From an uncultured Candidatus Rokubacteria bacterium (GTDB taxonomy: Bacteria; Methylomirabilota; Methylomirabilia; Rokubacteriales; DASRDR01), in the NCBI GenBank assembly GCA_963805625.1, contig CAWDVE010000011.1, positions 115,481-179,480 of the forward strand: a stretch of 64,000 bases of DNA, given 5' to 3'. The notes beneath the pieces were generated by a model. It did no database searches. It saw nothing but the letters and a program-made list of their open reading frames with translations, and was not told the DNA's origin. Of the stretch, positions 10,461-19,682 are shown one piece after another (the stretch's first letter is position 1; each line of letters begins with the position of its first letter). Made by a program: the position numbers and the translations under genes.

Positions 10461-11813
10461 ATGTCAGACGCCAAGACGACGCCGACCTCTCGGACGCCCT
10501 CACGACGCACAATGCTCCGCCTCGGCGGGACCGCGCTTGCCTCGGCCGCGGCCGGCCCGTTCGTCTTCACGCCCGCGCGCGCCCAGGGCTTCAACTGGAA
10601 GCGCTTCCAAGGAAAGGAGCTCTACCTCCTGCTGTCGAAGCACCCCTGGGTCGACGTCCTCGAGAAGAACATCCCCGAGTTCGAGTCGCTGTCCGGAATG
10701 AAGGTCAAGTGGGAGACCCTGCCCGAGATCCAGGCCCGCCAGAAGATGACGGTCGAGATGACCGGTGGCTCCACCGGGATCGACGCATTCTTCACGTCCC
10801 TTCACGTGGAGAAGAAACGGTTCTGGAAGGCGGGCTGGTACCACCCCCTGAACAAGTTCCTGGACGACCCCACTCTGACGAGCCCCGAGTTCGACTGGAA
10901 GGACTTCACCGACGGCGCCCGGGCCGGCGCGACGCAGGCCGACGGCAGCATTTCCGCGCTTCCGGCCTTCATCGACGCCAACGTGCTCTTCTACCGGAAG
11001 GACGTGTTTGCCCAGAAGGGCCTCACGCCCCCGAAGACGCTCGCCGAGCTCGAGCAGACGGTCGCCAAGCTCCACGCCCCGCCGGGAATGTACGGGATCG
11101 TGCTGCGCGGGCTCAAGAACGCGAACGCCACCCAGTATCCGAGCGTGTTGTTCCAGATGGGCGGGGCTTACCTCACCCAGGACGGCAAGGCGGCCCTCGA
11201 TACGAAGGAGGGCGTCGCCGCCATGGATTACTACACGCGCATCCTGCGTCAGTACGCGCCGCCCGGCGTGGTGAACTTCAACTGGTACGAGGCCTCCTCG
11301 GCCTTCTTCCAGGGCCAGGTGGCGGTCTACATGGACGGGGTCAACTTCGCGAGCCAGTTCGAGGACCCGCAGAAGTCGAAGGTCGTGGGCAAGGTGGGCT
11401 ACGCCATGCTCCCCTCGGGGCCCGGCGGCCATTTCTCCCCGATCTACATCACTGGCATGGCCGTCTCGTCGGCGAGCCGCAGCAAGGAGGCCGCCTACCT
11501 GTTCGCGCAGTGGGCGACGAACAAGCAGAACGCCGTCCGCGAGCTGATGGCCGGCGTGGGCGTGGGGCGCTCGGGTGCCTGGGACAATCCCGAGCTGAAG
11601 GCGAAGCCGAAGATGCCCATGGACTGGTACCAGGCCTACCAGGCGTCCCTCAAGATCGGGCGGCAGGGCCTGCCTGAGATCGTGGCCGTGACCGAGTACC
11701 GGGACATCATCGGGGTCGCCATCCAGAAGGCCATCGAGGGGGCACCGGCAGCGCAGGTGTGCGCGCAGGCGCAGAAGGAGTTCCAGGAACTCCTGGCACG
11801 AACCGAGGGCTAA
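10461..11813 (+). CDS. Second CUT1 ABC substrate-binding protein (paralog of 7414-8766), Tat-exported
   Basis: SRRTMLRL. Shares GPFVFTPARAQGFNWKRFQGKEL and TEYRDIIGVAIQKAIEG with the first SBP. Confidence 0.9.
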   Translation: MSDAKTTPTSRTPSRRTMLRLGGTALASAAAGPFVFTPARAQGFNWKRFQGKELYLLLSKHPWVDVLEKNIPEFESLSGMKVKWETLPEIQARQKMTVEMTGGSTGIDAFFTSLHVEKKRFWKAGWYHPLNKFLDDPTLTSPEFDWKDFTDGARAGATQADGSISALPAFIDANVLFYRKDVFAQKGLTPPKTLAELEQTVAKLHAPPGMYGIVLRGLKNANATQYPSVLFQMGGAYLTQDGKAALDTKEGVAAMDYYTRILRQYAPPGVVNFNWYEASSAFFQGQVAVYMDGVNFASQFEDPQKSKVVGKVGYAMLPSGPGGHFSPIYITGMAVSSASRSKEAAYLFAQWATNKQNAVRELMAGVGVGRSGAWDNPELKAKPKMPMDWYQAYQASLKIGRQGLPEIVAVTEYRDIIGVAIQKAIEGAPAAQVCAQAQKEFQELLARTEG

Positions 11814-11820
11814 CCCGCCT

Positions 11821-12774
11821 GTGACGAGCCCCACCGAAACGACCTCCGGCGCGCGGGCGGTGAGTCCCGCGGTCGGCCGCGCCCGCGCGTCGAGGCGTCT
11901 CGGCAACTGGGGCCACCGTAACGCGCGCTTTCTGTTCCCCGCCCCGGCCGTCCTCCTGGTGGCCGCAATCATCGTCTACCCGATCGTCTACACGGTGTGG
12001 ATGAGCCTCCAGGACTGGTTCGCCTCGAGCCTGACGGCGCCTAAGTTCATCGGCGCCGCCAACTACCAGAAGATCCTCTTCGGCGACCCGCGCTTCCGCG
12101 AGGCGGTCGTCCGCACGCTCTACTTCACGGTGGTGGTCATCGCCGGCGAGACGGTGCTGGGCGTGGCGATGGCGCTCCTCTTCAACCGGGAGTTCTGGGG
12201 GCGGGGGCTCCTGCGGACGCTCGCCATCCTGCCCATGGTGGCCACGCCGGTCGCCATCGGCCTCGTGTTCGTGATGATGTACCACCCGACGCTCGGCGTG
12301 GCGAACTATCTGGTAGGCCTGACCGGCCTGGCGCCGTTCAAGTGGACCTACTCCAGCTCGACCGCGCTCTACGCGATCGCCGTCGTCGACATCTGGCAGT
12401 GGACCCCGCTCATCATGCTGATCGCGCTGGCCGGTCTCGCGAGCCTGCCCCGGGAGCCCTACGAGGCGGCGCACATCGACGGCGCCACGGCGCTGCAGGC
12501 CTTCTGGCACATCACGCTGCCGCTCCTCCGGCCCGCCATCGTCGTCGCGATCCTCTTCCGGGCCATCGACGCGATCAAGACCTTCGACATCATCTTCATC
12601 ATGACCCAGGGCGGGCCCGCTAACTCCACGGAGACGATCAACATCCTGCTCTTCAACCAGGCCTTCTCCTACTTCAACATGGGCTACGCCTCGTCCATGG
12701 CGGTGGCGCTGTTCGCGGTCGTGATGGGCGCCTCGCTGATCCTGATCAAGCTCCGGCGGACGGCGGCATGGTGA
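11821..12774 (+). CDS. Sugar ABC transporter permease
   Basis: EAA motif YEAAHIDGA, DIWQWTP, multiple TMs. Confidence 0.93.
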   Translation: MTSPTETTSGARAVSPAVGRARASRRLGNWGHRNARFLFPAPAVLLVAAIIVYPIVYTVWMSLQDWFASSLTAPKFIGAANYQKILFGDPRFREAVVRTLYFTVVVIAGETVLGVAMALLFNREFWGRGLLRTLAILPMVATPVAIGLVFVMMYHPTLGVANYLVGLTGLAPFKWTYSSSTALYAIAVVDIWQWTPLIMLIALAGLASLPREPYEAAHIDGATALQAFWHITLPLLRPAIVVAILFRAIDAIKTFDIIFIMTQGGPANSTETINILLFNQAFSYFNMGYASSMAVALFAVVMGASLILIKLRRTAAW

Positions 12775-13601
12775 GTCCCGGCCGACGGCGCGGACGACTG
12801 CGCACGGCGGGCTTCTACGCGCTGGCCGCGCTCTTCATGCTCCCCACGGTGTTCGTCTTCTACTGGATGATCACGCTGTCGATGAAGCCCCAGGTGGAGG
12901 CCACGGCCTATCCGCCCTCGTTCTTCTGGTTCAGCGTGTCCGCGAACGGCTACCGGGAGGTCTTCACGAAGTACCCGTTCCTCCTCTACACGTGGAACAG
13001 CCTCGTGGTCGCGGCGGGCTGCACGGCGCTCGGCCTGGCCGTCGGGCTCCCGGCCGCCTATTCCATCGCCCGCTGGCGGCAGCGGCGCCTCGCGCTCACC
13101 GTGCTCGTGGCGCGCATCATCCCGGGGATCTCGTACCTCATCCCCTGGTACATCTTCTTCCGGCACCTGCGCCTCATCGACACGCACGCGGCGCTGATCC
13201 TGACGCACCTGATCGTGGGCCTGCCGATCATCATCTGGGTCATGATCGGCTTCTTCGAGGATGTGCCGCCGGATCTGGAGGACGCCGCCCTGATCGACGG
13301 CTGCTCCTACTTCGGGGTGTTCTGGCGGGTGGCGCTCCCGCTCGTGCGCCCGGGCGTGGTCGCGACGGCGATCCTGTCGTTCGTCTTCTCGTGGAACAAC
13401 TTCCTGTTCTCGGTGATCCTCGCCGGACGCGAGACGCGGACGCTGCCGATCGCCGTCTTCAACATGATCTCCTACGAGGAGATCAACTGGGGGACGCTGG
13501 CGGCGGCGGCGACGATGATCACGCTTCCGGTGCTCGTGCTGGCGCTCATCGTCCAGCGTCACATCGTGACCGGGCTCACGTTCGGCGCGGTCAAGCAGTA
13601 G
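12768..13601 (+). CDS. Sugar ABC transporter permease
   Basis: LEDAALIDG, FSWNNFLF, multiple TMs. Confidence 0.93.
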   Translation: MVSPGRRRGRLRTAGFYALAALFMLPTVFVFYWMITLSMKPQVEATAYPPSFFWFSVSANGYREVFTKYPFLLYTWNSLVVAAGCTALGLAVGLPAAYSIARWRQRRLALTVLVARIIPGISYLIPWYIFFRHLRLIDTHAALILTHLIVGLPIIIWVMIGFFEDVPPDLEDAALIDGCSYFGVFWRVALPLVRPGVVATAILSFVFSWNNFLFSVILAGRETRTLPIAVFNMISYEEINWGTLAAAATMITLPVLVLALIVQRHIVTGLTFGAVKQ

Positions 13602-13624
13602 GGGTCAGACTTCGGTTCTTCCGA

Positions 13625-13837
13625 ATGCCGGTCGCCGACGTCGCCGCGGCATTCCACTCGGCTGACTTCGAGACGTTGGTGCCGGTGCCGCTCCCGCCGG
13701 ATGGGACCGTGATGGACCTCCCGCTGAATGTCGCGACGATCTGCGCCCTCACGTACATGTGCCTGGAAGGGAACATTCACCCGACCACCGATGGCTACGC
13801 GGTAATGACCCAGGCCTTCCTCGAGGTCCTGCCCTAG
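13625..13837 (+). pseudogene. C-terminal remnant of an SGNH/GDSL hydrolase
   Basis: PVADVAAAF...LPLNVATICALTYMC...NIHPTTDGYAVMTQAF resembles SGNH block V. N-terminal blocks absent. Confidence 0.55.
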
Positions 13838-14065
13838 GGACGGCCGCGCGAAGCTCGGATCCGGACGGAGGCGGCGACCCGATCCCGGCGCCGCCTCTTC
13901 CCTCCGATCCGATCCGGTCCGGCCCGGCCCCGGCCGCGGCAGCCGCCGAACACCCGAGGCCTCCTCGGGCTCGGATAGCAATCGGGGCGCAGCGGTCGCC
14001 CCACCCTAACTGACTCCAGTGCGGTCCTCTCCGGGCGCGCGCGTGTTCGCGGCGCGCCGCCCAGA

Positions 14066-14497
14066 CTAGAGGGTCGAAGTCCGGCCCGTCAGCTTCGCGG
14101 CGACCTCGGGCGGGATGGGCAGCGCGCGGAGGCGGGCACCGGGCGTCTCGGGACTGGCGACCCAGGCCCGGACCTCGAAGCCCTCGGCGCAGCGCCGGTC
14201 CCCGACCGAGAGCTCGTGCTCGACCCGGAACGTCTTCTCACGCACCCACGCGACGCGCGTGCGGACCGCCACGGCATCCCCGTAGCGAACCGGCGCGACG
14301 AAGCGCGACCCCGCCTCCAGGATGGGCACCCCGACGATGCCGTAGCGGGGGAACGCCTCGGCCCACGTGAGGCCGAGCGAGGCGAACAGCGCCTCGGTGC
14401 CGATGTCGTACCACTCGAAGAAGCGCGGGTAGAAGGCGATCCCGGCCGGATCGGCGTCACCCCAGCGCACCTGGACCGTCGTCGTGTGCTCGACCAC
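14066..14497 (-). CDS. 4HBT-like acyl-CoA thioesterase
   Basis: VRWGDADPAGIAFYPRFFEW hot-dog-fold motif. Confidence 0.9.
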   Translation of the reverse strand: MVEHTTTVQVRWGDADPAGIAFYPRFFEWYDIGTEALFASLGLTWAEAFPRYGIVGVPILEAGSRFVAPVRYGDAVAVRTRVAWVREKTFRVEHELSVGDRRCAEGFEVRAWVASPETPGARLRALPIPPEVAAKLTGRTSTL

Positions 14498-14514
14498 GCG
14501 GCGAATCCTCCGCC

Positions 14515-14589
14515 TTACCGGATGAGCCTGTCCGCGCGCAGGATGACCCCCTGGCGGAACGTGAGGCCGAGGGCCTTCGCGGTCTTCAC
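14515..14589 (-). pseudogene. Isolated C-terminal stub of an ABC_sub_bind-family gene
   Basis: Translates VKTAKALGLTFRQGVILRADRLIR*, matching the C-termini at 53421, 55127 and 63272 (KTAKALGLTIPPSLLARADEVI). Confidence 0.75.
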
Positions 14590-14746
14590 GCGCGCCCCAC
14601 GTCGCCGCCCGGCGCGGCTTCGACCACGCCCCGAGCCTACCATGTGGGATCTGCGGCCCTGACGAGCGCCCCCCTACAACTCCTCTCCGTCACTGGGGCC
14701 GTACGCTCGTCATGCGGTTGACACCTCGGTGGACCCATCGGGTCGC

Positions 14747-14761
14747 TGGCACACCGCTTGC
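14747..14761 (+). promoter_or_regulatory. Sigma54 (-24/-12) promoter
   Basis: TGGCAC-accgc-TTGC, exact GG-N10-GC. A 9-bp inverted repeat (tgacgagcg 14660-14668 / cgctcgtca 14704-14712) lies upstream. Confidence 0.65.
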
Positions 14762-14955
14762 GATCAATCTAGTCAGGACAGGACACCGTTGATGCCTGCG
14801 AGCAGCGAGTCTCGGGTCATCGTGCACGAATCTCCTTCACCCGCAGGGGGTTCGGAGGCACTCGCGCTTACCCGCTCCAGGGGAGGGCAAGCCCGTCCGT
14901 CGGCGACTTTCTGGCAGGGCGCCGCCGAAGACCGTCACCCCGGGAGGTCCTGATC

Positions 14956-15465
14956 ATGGTTCTCGGCGATCTCTCGCTCTGGAAGTTGCTGAACGACCTG
15001 ATTCGCGATCCCGACCCCGATCTGGTCGACGCGGCCTCGATCCACGTCCGCGTAGGTCCCGAGATGCGGCTCGAGGTGGGACCGGAGGACTGGAGAGCTG
15101 TCGACCTCACTGCCGGTCGCGTCCACCTCCAGCCGGGGGACTTCGCGCTGGTGCCCACGCTTGAGTGGCTGATGGTGCCCAACGGTTACGCCGTCGAGCT
15201 CAAGCTCGGGAGCTCGCACGCGCGCCAAGGCTATGAGCACATGGCCGTCTGGCTCGATCCGGGCTGGTCTGGGACGGCGACCATGGGGATCCGCAACGCG
15301 ACCCGGTACACACCGCTCCCGATGGAGCGGGGAATGCTCTGGGCCCAGATCATCGTCCATCAGCTCGACCAGCCCGCGGTCCGTCCCTATCGGGGCCGAG
15401 ACGAGGGCACGCGCACGATCGAACGCTCGAAAGTGGCCACAGCCATCGACGGGCGCCCTCGATGA
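14956..15465 (+). CDS. dCTP deaminase-like protein with degenerate active site
   Basis: LQPGDFALVPTLE, SSHAR, WLDPGWSG. The expected TLE catalytic Glu reads TMG. Confidence 0.75.
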   Translation: MVLGDLSLWKLLNDLIRDPDPDLVDAASIHVRVGPEMRLEVGPEDWRAVDLTAGRVHLQPGDFALVPTLEWLMVPNGYAVELKLGSSHARQGYEHMAVWLDPGWSGTATMGIRNATRYTPLPMERGMLWAQIIVHQLDQPAVRPYRGRDEGTRTIERSKVATAIDGRPR

Positions 15466-15683
15466 CGGCCACGACGACCGCGCCCGAGCAACCCGCCTTC
15501 GACCCCGACTACTATCTCGACTGCCGCCAGCCGGGGTGGGACGTCTACGAGGATCGCGGCCTCGTCCGCTTCGAGCGCCCGCTGGGGTCGAAGCGGTCGC
15601 TGGTGTTCGTGGACGACGATTGCACGGAAGTGCTCGAGGCCTTGCGAACGCGTGTGAGTCGCGGGGTCGAGGCCAGACGCTGA
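15462..15683 (+). CDS. Small hypothetical protein
   Basis: ATGA overlap with the dcd-like gene and protein-like composition. Confidence 0.55.
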   Translation: MTATTTAPEQPAFDPDYYLDCRQPGWDVYEDRGLVRFERPLGSKRSLVFVDDDCTEVLEALRTRVSRGVEARR

Positions 15684-15793
15684 TTCGAACCCTGTTGACT
15701 CAGCGCGATTCGCGGAGCTAGCTTCTCCGGCATTCGTCGGCGCCCCGGGACGGCCGACCTCAGCGTGGCCCCAGTCGTGCTAGCCTCGACGGC

Positions 15794-16256
15794 ATGAGCC
15801 TGAAAGACGACCTCCTGCGGCAGGCCGACCACGACTTCGGCGCGCTCAAGCGCGCGATGGTGGGATTTGAGCGATGACGCCATGCGCCAGCCCTGGTCCG
15901 GCACCTGGGGGGTGCGCGAGATCCTCGCGCACATCGCGGGGTGGCAGCGGGAGATGATTCCCGTGCTCGAGCGCGTGGCCAGCGGCGAGAAGCCGATTCC
16001 CGACGGGGTGAGCTACGCGGACCTCGACGGGTGGAACGCGCGCCACGTCGCCGCCCGGCGCGGCCTGACCGTGGAGGGTGTCCGCGCCGAGCTCGACGCC
16101 ACGCACCGCGACTTCCTCGCCGCCGCGCGGGCCGTCCCCGAGGCGCGCTTCGGGCCGGCCAAGACGGCGACGCGCATCGTGGATCTCAACGGCCCCCATC
16201 ACTACCGGGATCACACGGCCCACATCCGCGCCTGGCGCCGACAGGCACACATCTAG
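15794..16256 (+). CDS. DinB/DfsB-like four-helix-bundle protein (one frameshift near 15866)
   Basis: MSLKDDLLRQADHDF... then, shifted, WGVREILAHIAGW...HHYRDH. Confidence 0.75.
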
Positions 16257-16353
16257 GCACTCGCCTCCCGCCCGACGACTCGTGGAATTCCGTCCGGCAG
16301 TGCGTCCGTGGAGCCATCGCGCCCCGGGAGCGCCGGCTCGCGTGACGCGGCCG

Positions 16354-17199
16354 ATGATCGTCGCCCTGGCAGCTCTCGTGGCCGCCCAGGCGGCAGCCGA
16401 CGCCGCGCGGGCCCGGAAGACCCTAGAGGAGGGCCTCGTCCCCGTGACGGCGCAGGAGCTCCTCCAGCGGGCGTCCCGCGACGAGGTCGAGGTCGTCAGG
16501 CTGCTGCTCGAAGCGGGCGTCCGCCCGGACGCCGTCCAGCCGGCCGGCTGGCGCGCGGGGTGGACGGCGCTACACCACGCGGCCCGCCGCCTGGACGGGA
16601 AGACCCTGGCCCTCTTGCTCAATGCCGGCGCGCCGGTGAACGCCCAGGCGAAGGACGGCGATACGGCGCTGTGCGTGGCGGTGGGCGAGGGATACCCTTC
16701 GAACGTGGCCGATCTCCTGGCGGCGCGCGCGGACGCGACGCTCGTCTGCCGCGAGGGCCGCACGGCTCTCCACGAGGCGACCGGACGTGCCGGCGAGCCG
16801 AGGCCCTCCGCCCTCCTCGTCGCGCTCAAGGATCCGGAGCCCGGCGTCCGCAAGGTGGCCGCTGCCGCCTTCCGGTCGATGGAGGCCCCGCCCCGAGGCG
16901 CAATCGGCGCGCTCGTGGAGATGCTTCGCGACACGAACGCCGAGCTCCGGGCCGAGGCCGCCTTCGGGCTGATGGGCTTTCACTCGCCCCCGGCCCGCGA
17001 GGCGGTGCCCGCGCTTTCGAATTCCTTCGCCCAGGATTCCGACCGCCAGGTCCGCGTCAACGCGGCGCGCGCGCTCGGCCTGATGGGCCCCGTCGCACGC
17101 GACGCGGTCCCGGCCTTGCGGGCCGGGCTGCACGACGCGGACGAGCGCGTGCGGGACGTTGCCGCCGAGGCGCTCCAGGCCATCGAGCCCCGGCGCTGA
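16354..17199 (+). CDS. Secreted ankyrin-repeat + HEAT-repeat protein
   Basis: Signal-like MIVALAALVAAQA. Ankyrin motifs GWTALHHAA, GDTALCVA, GRTALHEA. HEAT motifs LKDPEPGVRKVAA, LHDADERVRDVAAEAL. Confidence 0.75.
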   Translation: MIVALAALVAAQAAADAARARKTLEEGLVPVTAQELLQRASRDEVEVVRLLLEAGVRPDAVQPAGWRAGWTALHHAARRLDGKTLALLLNAGAPVNAQAKDGDTALCVAVGEGYPSNVADLLAARADATLVCREGRTALHEATGRAGEPRPSALLVALKDPEPGVRKVAAAAFRSMEAPPRGAIGALVEMLRDTNAELRAEAAFGLMGFHSPPAREAVPALSNSFAQDSDRQVRVNAARALGLMGPVARDAVPALRAGLHDADERVRDVAAEALQAIEPRR

Positions 17200-17239
17200 C
17201 GGGCGCGGGCGCTACCGGAGCCCGCGGCGACGGCGCCGA

Positions 17240-17929
17240 TCAGCCCGCGGCTTGAAGCCGCGCCGCAACACGGTCGAGCACCTTCTCGAACTCCGGCAGG
17301 CGCGGCACATAGCGCTGATCGACGGCTGCCTTGATCTCCGCCGGCGCGCGGGTAGGCGACCCGCCCACGAAGGGCGGCTTCGGATCATATTCGATCCCGA
17401 GCTGCACTGTCTGCGCCATTACGGGGCCGGCGATCTCGCTCATCACGACGAACGCGAAATCGACGCCGGCGGTGACGCCGCCGCCCGTGAACGTGTTGCC
17501 GTCGCGGACCACACGCTCCTTCACCGGAATCGCGCCCACGCGCGGCAGGAGATGATGAAAGGCCCAATGGGTGGTCGCGCGCTTGCCGCGCAGGAGGCCT
17601 GCCGCGCCGAGGATGAAGGCGCCAGTGCAGACGCTCGTCACGTACTTCGCGCGCGCGCCCTCGCGGCGGATGAAGGCGATCGTTTCCTCATCCTCCATCG
17701 CCTGGTCCATGCCGAAGCCGCCGGGGATGCAGAGGAGATCGAGCGGCGGGCAGTCGGCGAACGTCGCCGTCGGCGGGATCGCCAGCGGACCATCGGACGG
17801 CACGGGCTCGCGCGTCTTGGCCACGATGTGCGTCGTCGCGCCGGGCAGGCGGTGCAGCACCTCCAGCGGCCCGGTGAAATCGAGCTGGGTCAGGTTGGGG
17901 AAGATCACGAAGCCGGTGGTGAAGCTCAT
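17240..17929 (-). CDS. DJ-1/PfpI family (isonitrile hydratase-like)
   Basis: QLDFTGPLEV, SVCTGA, ATTHW, GGGVTAGVD, EYDPKPPF. Confidence 0.9.
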   Translation of the reverse strand: MSFTTGFVIFPNLTQLDFTGPLEVLHRLPGATTHIVAKTREPVPSDGPLAIPPTATFADCPPLDLLCIPGGFGMDQAMEDEETIAFIRREGARAKYVTSVCTGAFILGAAGLLRGKRATTHWAFHHLLPRVGAIPVKERVVRDGNTFTGGGVTAGVDFAFVVMSEIAGPVMAQTVQLGIEYDPKPPFVGGSPTRAPAEIKAAVDQRYVPRLPEFEKVLDRVAARLQAAG

Positions 17930-18030
17930 CGGTATACCTCCACGTCGCCTCGCCGACGTCGCTCGCCCCGGTCGTCTCGGCGTGAGTCGAAGGGCCGCGG
18001 GACGCGTGAACCGGATCGCCGAGGGGGTCG

Positions 18031-19614
18031 CTACCGGAGGCTGCGGCGCTCGTCGCGCCGGAGCTTGTACTCCACCGAGTCGACCAGGGCCTGCCAGGAG
18101 GCGTCGATGATGTTGCAGGCGACGCCGACCGTCCCCCAGGTCTCCTCGCCGTCGGCCGACGTGATCAGCACGCGCGTCTTGGCCGCGGTGCCGCTCGTCT
18201 CGTCGAGGATCCGCACCTTGTAGTCGACGAGGTGCATCTCCTGGAGGTTGGGGTAGAACTCCTCCAGCGCCTTCCGGAGCGCGTGGTCGAGGGCGTTCAC
18301 GGGGCCGTTCCCGGTGGCGGCGGTGTGCTCGGACATCCCCTTGACCTGGACGCGCACCGTCGCCTCGGCGAGGGGCTCTCGATCGTCCCGCCGCGTCTCG
18401 ACGATCACCCGGTAGCCCTCGAGGTCGAAATACGCGCGGTGGTTCCCGAGGGCCCGCTCCATCAGGAGCTCGAACGAGGCCTCGGCACCCTCGAACTGGT
18501 ACCCCTCGTCCTCGAGCCGCTTCAAGGTCTCGAGGATCCGGCGGGTCTCGGGTGTGTCCTTGTCCAGGTCGATCCCGTACTCGCGCGCCTTCCAGAGGAT
18601 GTTCGACCGTCCCGCGAGCTCGGACACCAGCACCCGCCGGTGGTTCCCCACGAGGTCGGGCGTCATGTGCTCGTAGGTCTCGGGATGCTTGAGGATCGCC
18701 GACACGTGCATCCCGGCCTTGTGCGCGAACGCCGAGTCGCCCACGAAGGGCTGGCTCTGCCAGGGCGGCCGGTTCGCCAGCTCGAAGGCGAACCGGGCGA
18801 CGTCACGCAGCTCGCGGAGGTGGACCTCCGGGATCGCCTGGAGCCCGAGCTTCAGCATGACGTTCGGGATGACCGAGACCAGGTTGGCGTTCCCGCAGCG
18901 CTCCCCGAACCCGTTGAGGGTCCCTTGGACTTGCTCCGCTCCTTCCACGACCGCCGCCAGCGAGTTCGCGACGGCGCACTCCCCGTCGTTGTGGGCGTGG
19001 ATCCCCAGCGGCGCCTGGACGTGCCGCCGCGTCTCGCGCACGATCTCGGCCACCTCCGAGGGGAGCGTGCCGCCGTTCGTGTCGCAGAGCACGAGGCAGC
19101 TGGCGCCGGCTCGCTCGGCCGCGCGCAGGGTCTCCAGCGCGTAGTCGCGGTCTCGCTTGAACCCGTCGAAGTAGTGCTCGGCGTCGTACACGACCTCCTC
19201 GACGTGCTGGACCAGGAAGGCCACCGAGTCCGCGATCATGAGGAGGTTCTCGGGCAGGGTCGTCTGGAGGGCGTGCGTGACGTGGAAGGGCCAGGACTTT
19301 CCGAAGATCGTCGCCACCGGGGTGCGCGCCTCGACGAGCGCTCGGAGGCTCGGGTCCGCCTCGGCGGAGATGCCGGCCCGCCGCGTCGCGCCGAACGCCG
19401 CCACCCGCGCGTGCTTGAGCGGCACGTCGAGGATCCGGCGGAAGAACCGCATGTCCTTCGGATTCGAGCCCGGCCAGCCGCCCTCGATGTAGTGGACGCC
19501 CAGCGCGTCCAGCCGCTGGGCCAGACGCACCTTGTCCTCCATGGAGAAGGACACGCCCTCTCCCTGGGTGCCGTCCCGAAGCGTCGTGTCGTAGATCCTG
19601 ATCAGGCGCGCCAT
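18031..19614 (-). CDS. cimA: Citramalate synthase
   Basis: [60 protein letters not shown]. Confidence 0.9.
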   Translation of the reverse strand: MARLIRIYDTTLRDGTQGEGVSFSMEDKVRLAQRLDALGVHYIEGGWPGSNPKDMRFFRRILDVPLKHARVAAFGATRRAGISAEADPSLRALVEARTPVATIFGKSWPFHVTHALQTTLPENLLMIADSVAFLVQHVEEVVYDAEHYFDGFKRDRDYALETLRAAERAGASCLVLCDTNGGTLPSEVAEIVRETRRHVQAPLGIHAHNDGECAVANSLAAVVEGAEQVQGTLNGFGERCGNANLVSVIPNVMLKLGLQAIPEVHLRELRDVARFAFELANRPPWQSQPFVGDSAFAHKAGMHVSAILKHPETYEHMTPDLVGNHRRVLVSELAGRSNILWKAREYGIDLDKDTPETRRILETLKRLEDEGYQFEGAEASFELLMERALGNHRAYFDLEGYRVIVETRRDDREPLAEATVRVQVKGMSEHTAATGNGPVNALDHALRKALEEFYPNLQEMHLVDYKVRILDETSGTAAKTRVLITSADGEETWGTVGVACNIIDASWQALVDSVEYKLRRDERRSLR

Positions 19615-19682
19615 GGCGGGCCTCCTCATCCCCTTGGGGCCCCGAGGGGGACCCTCACGATATCGGCCGCCCGGCGCGCCTG

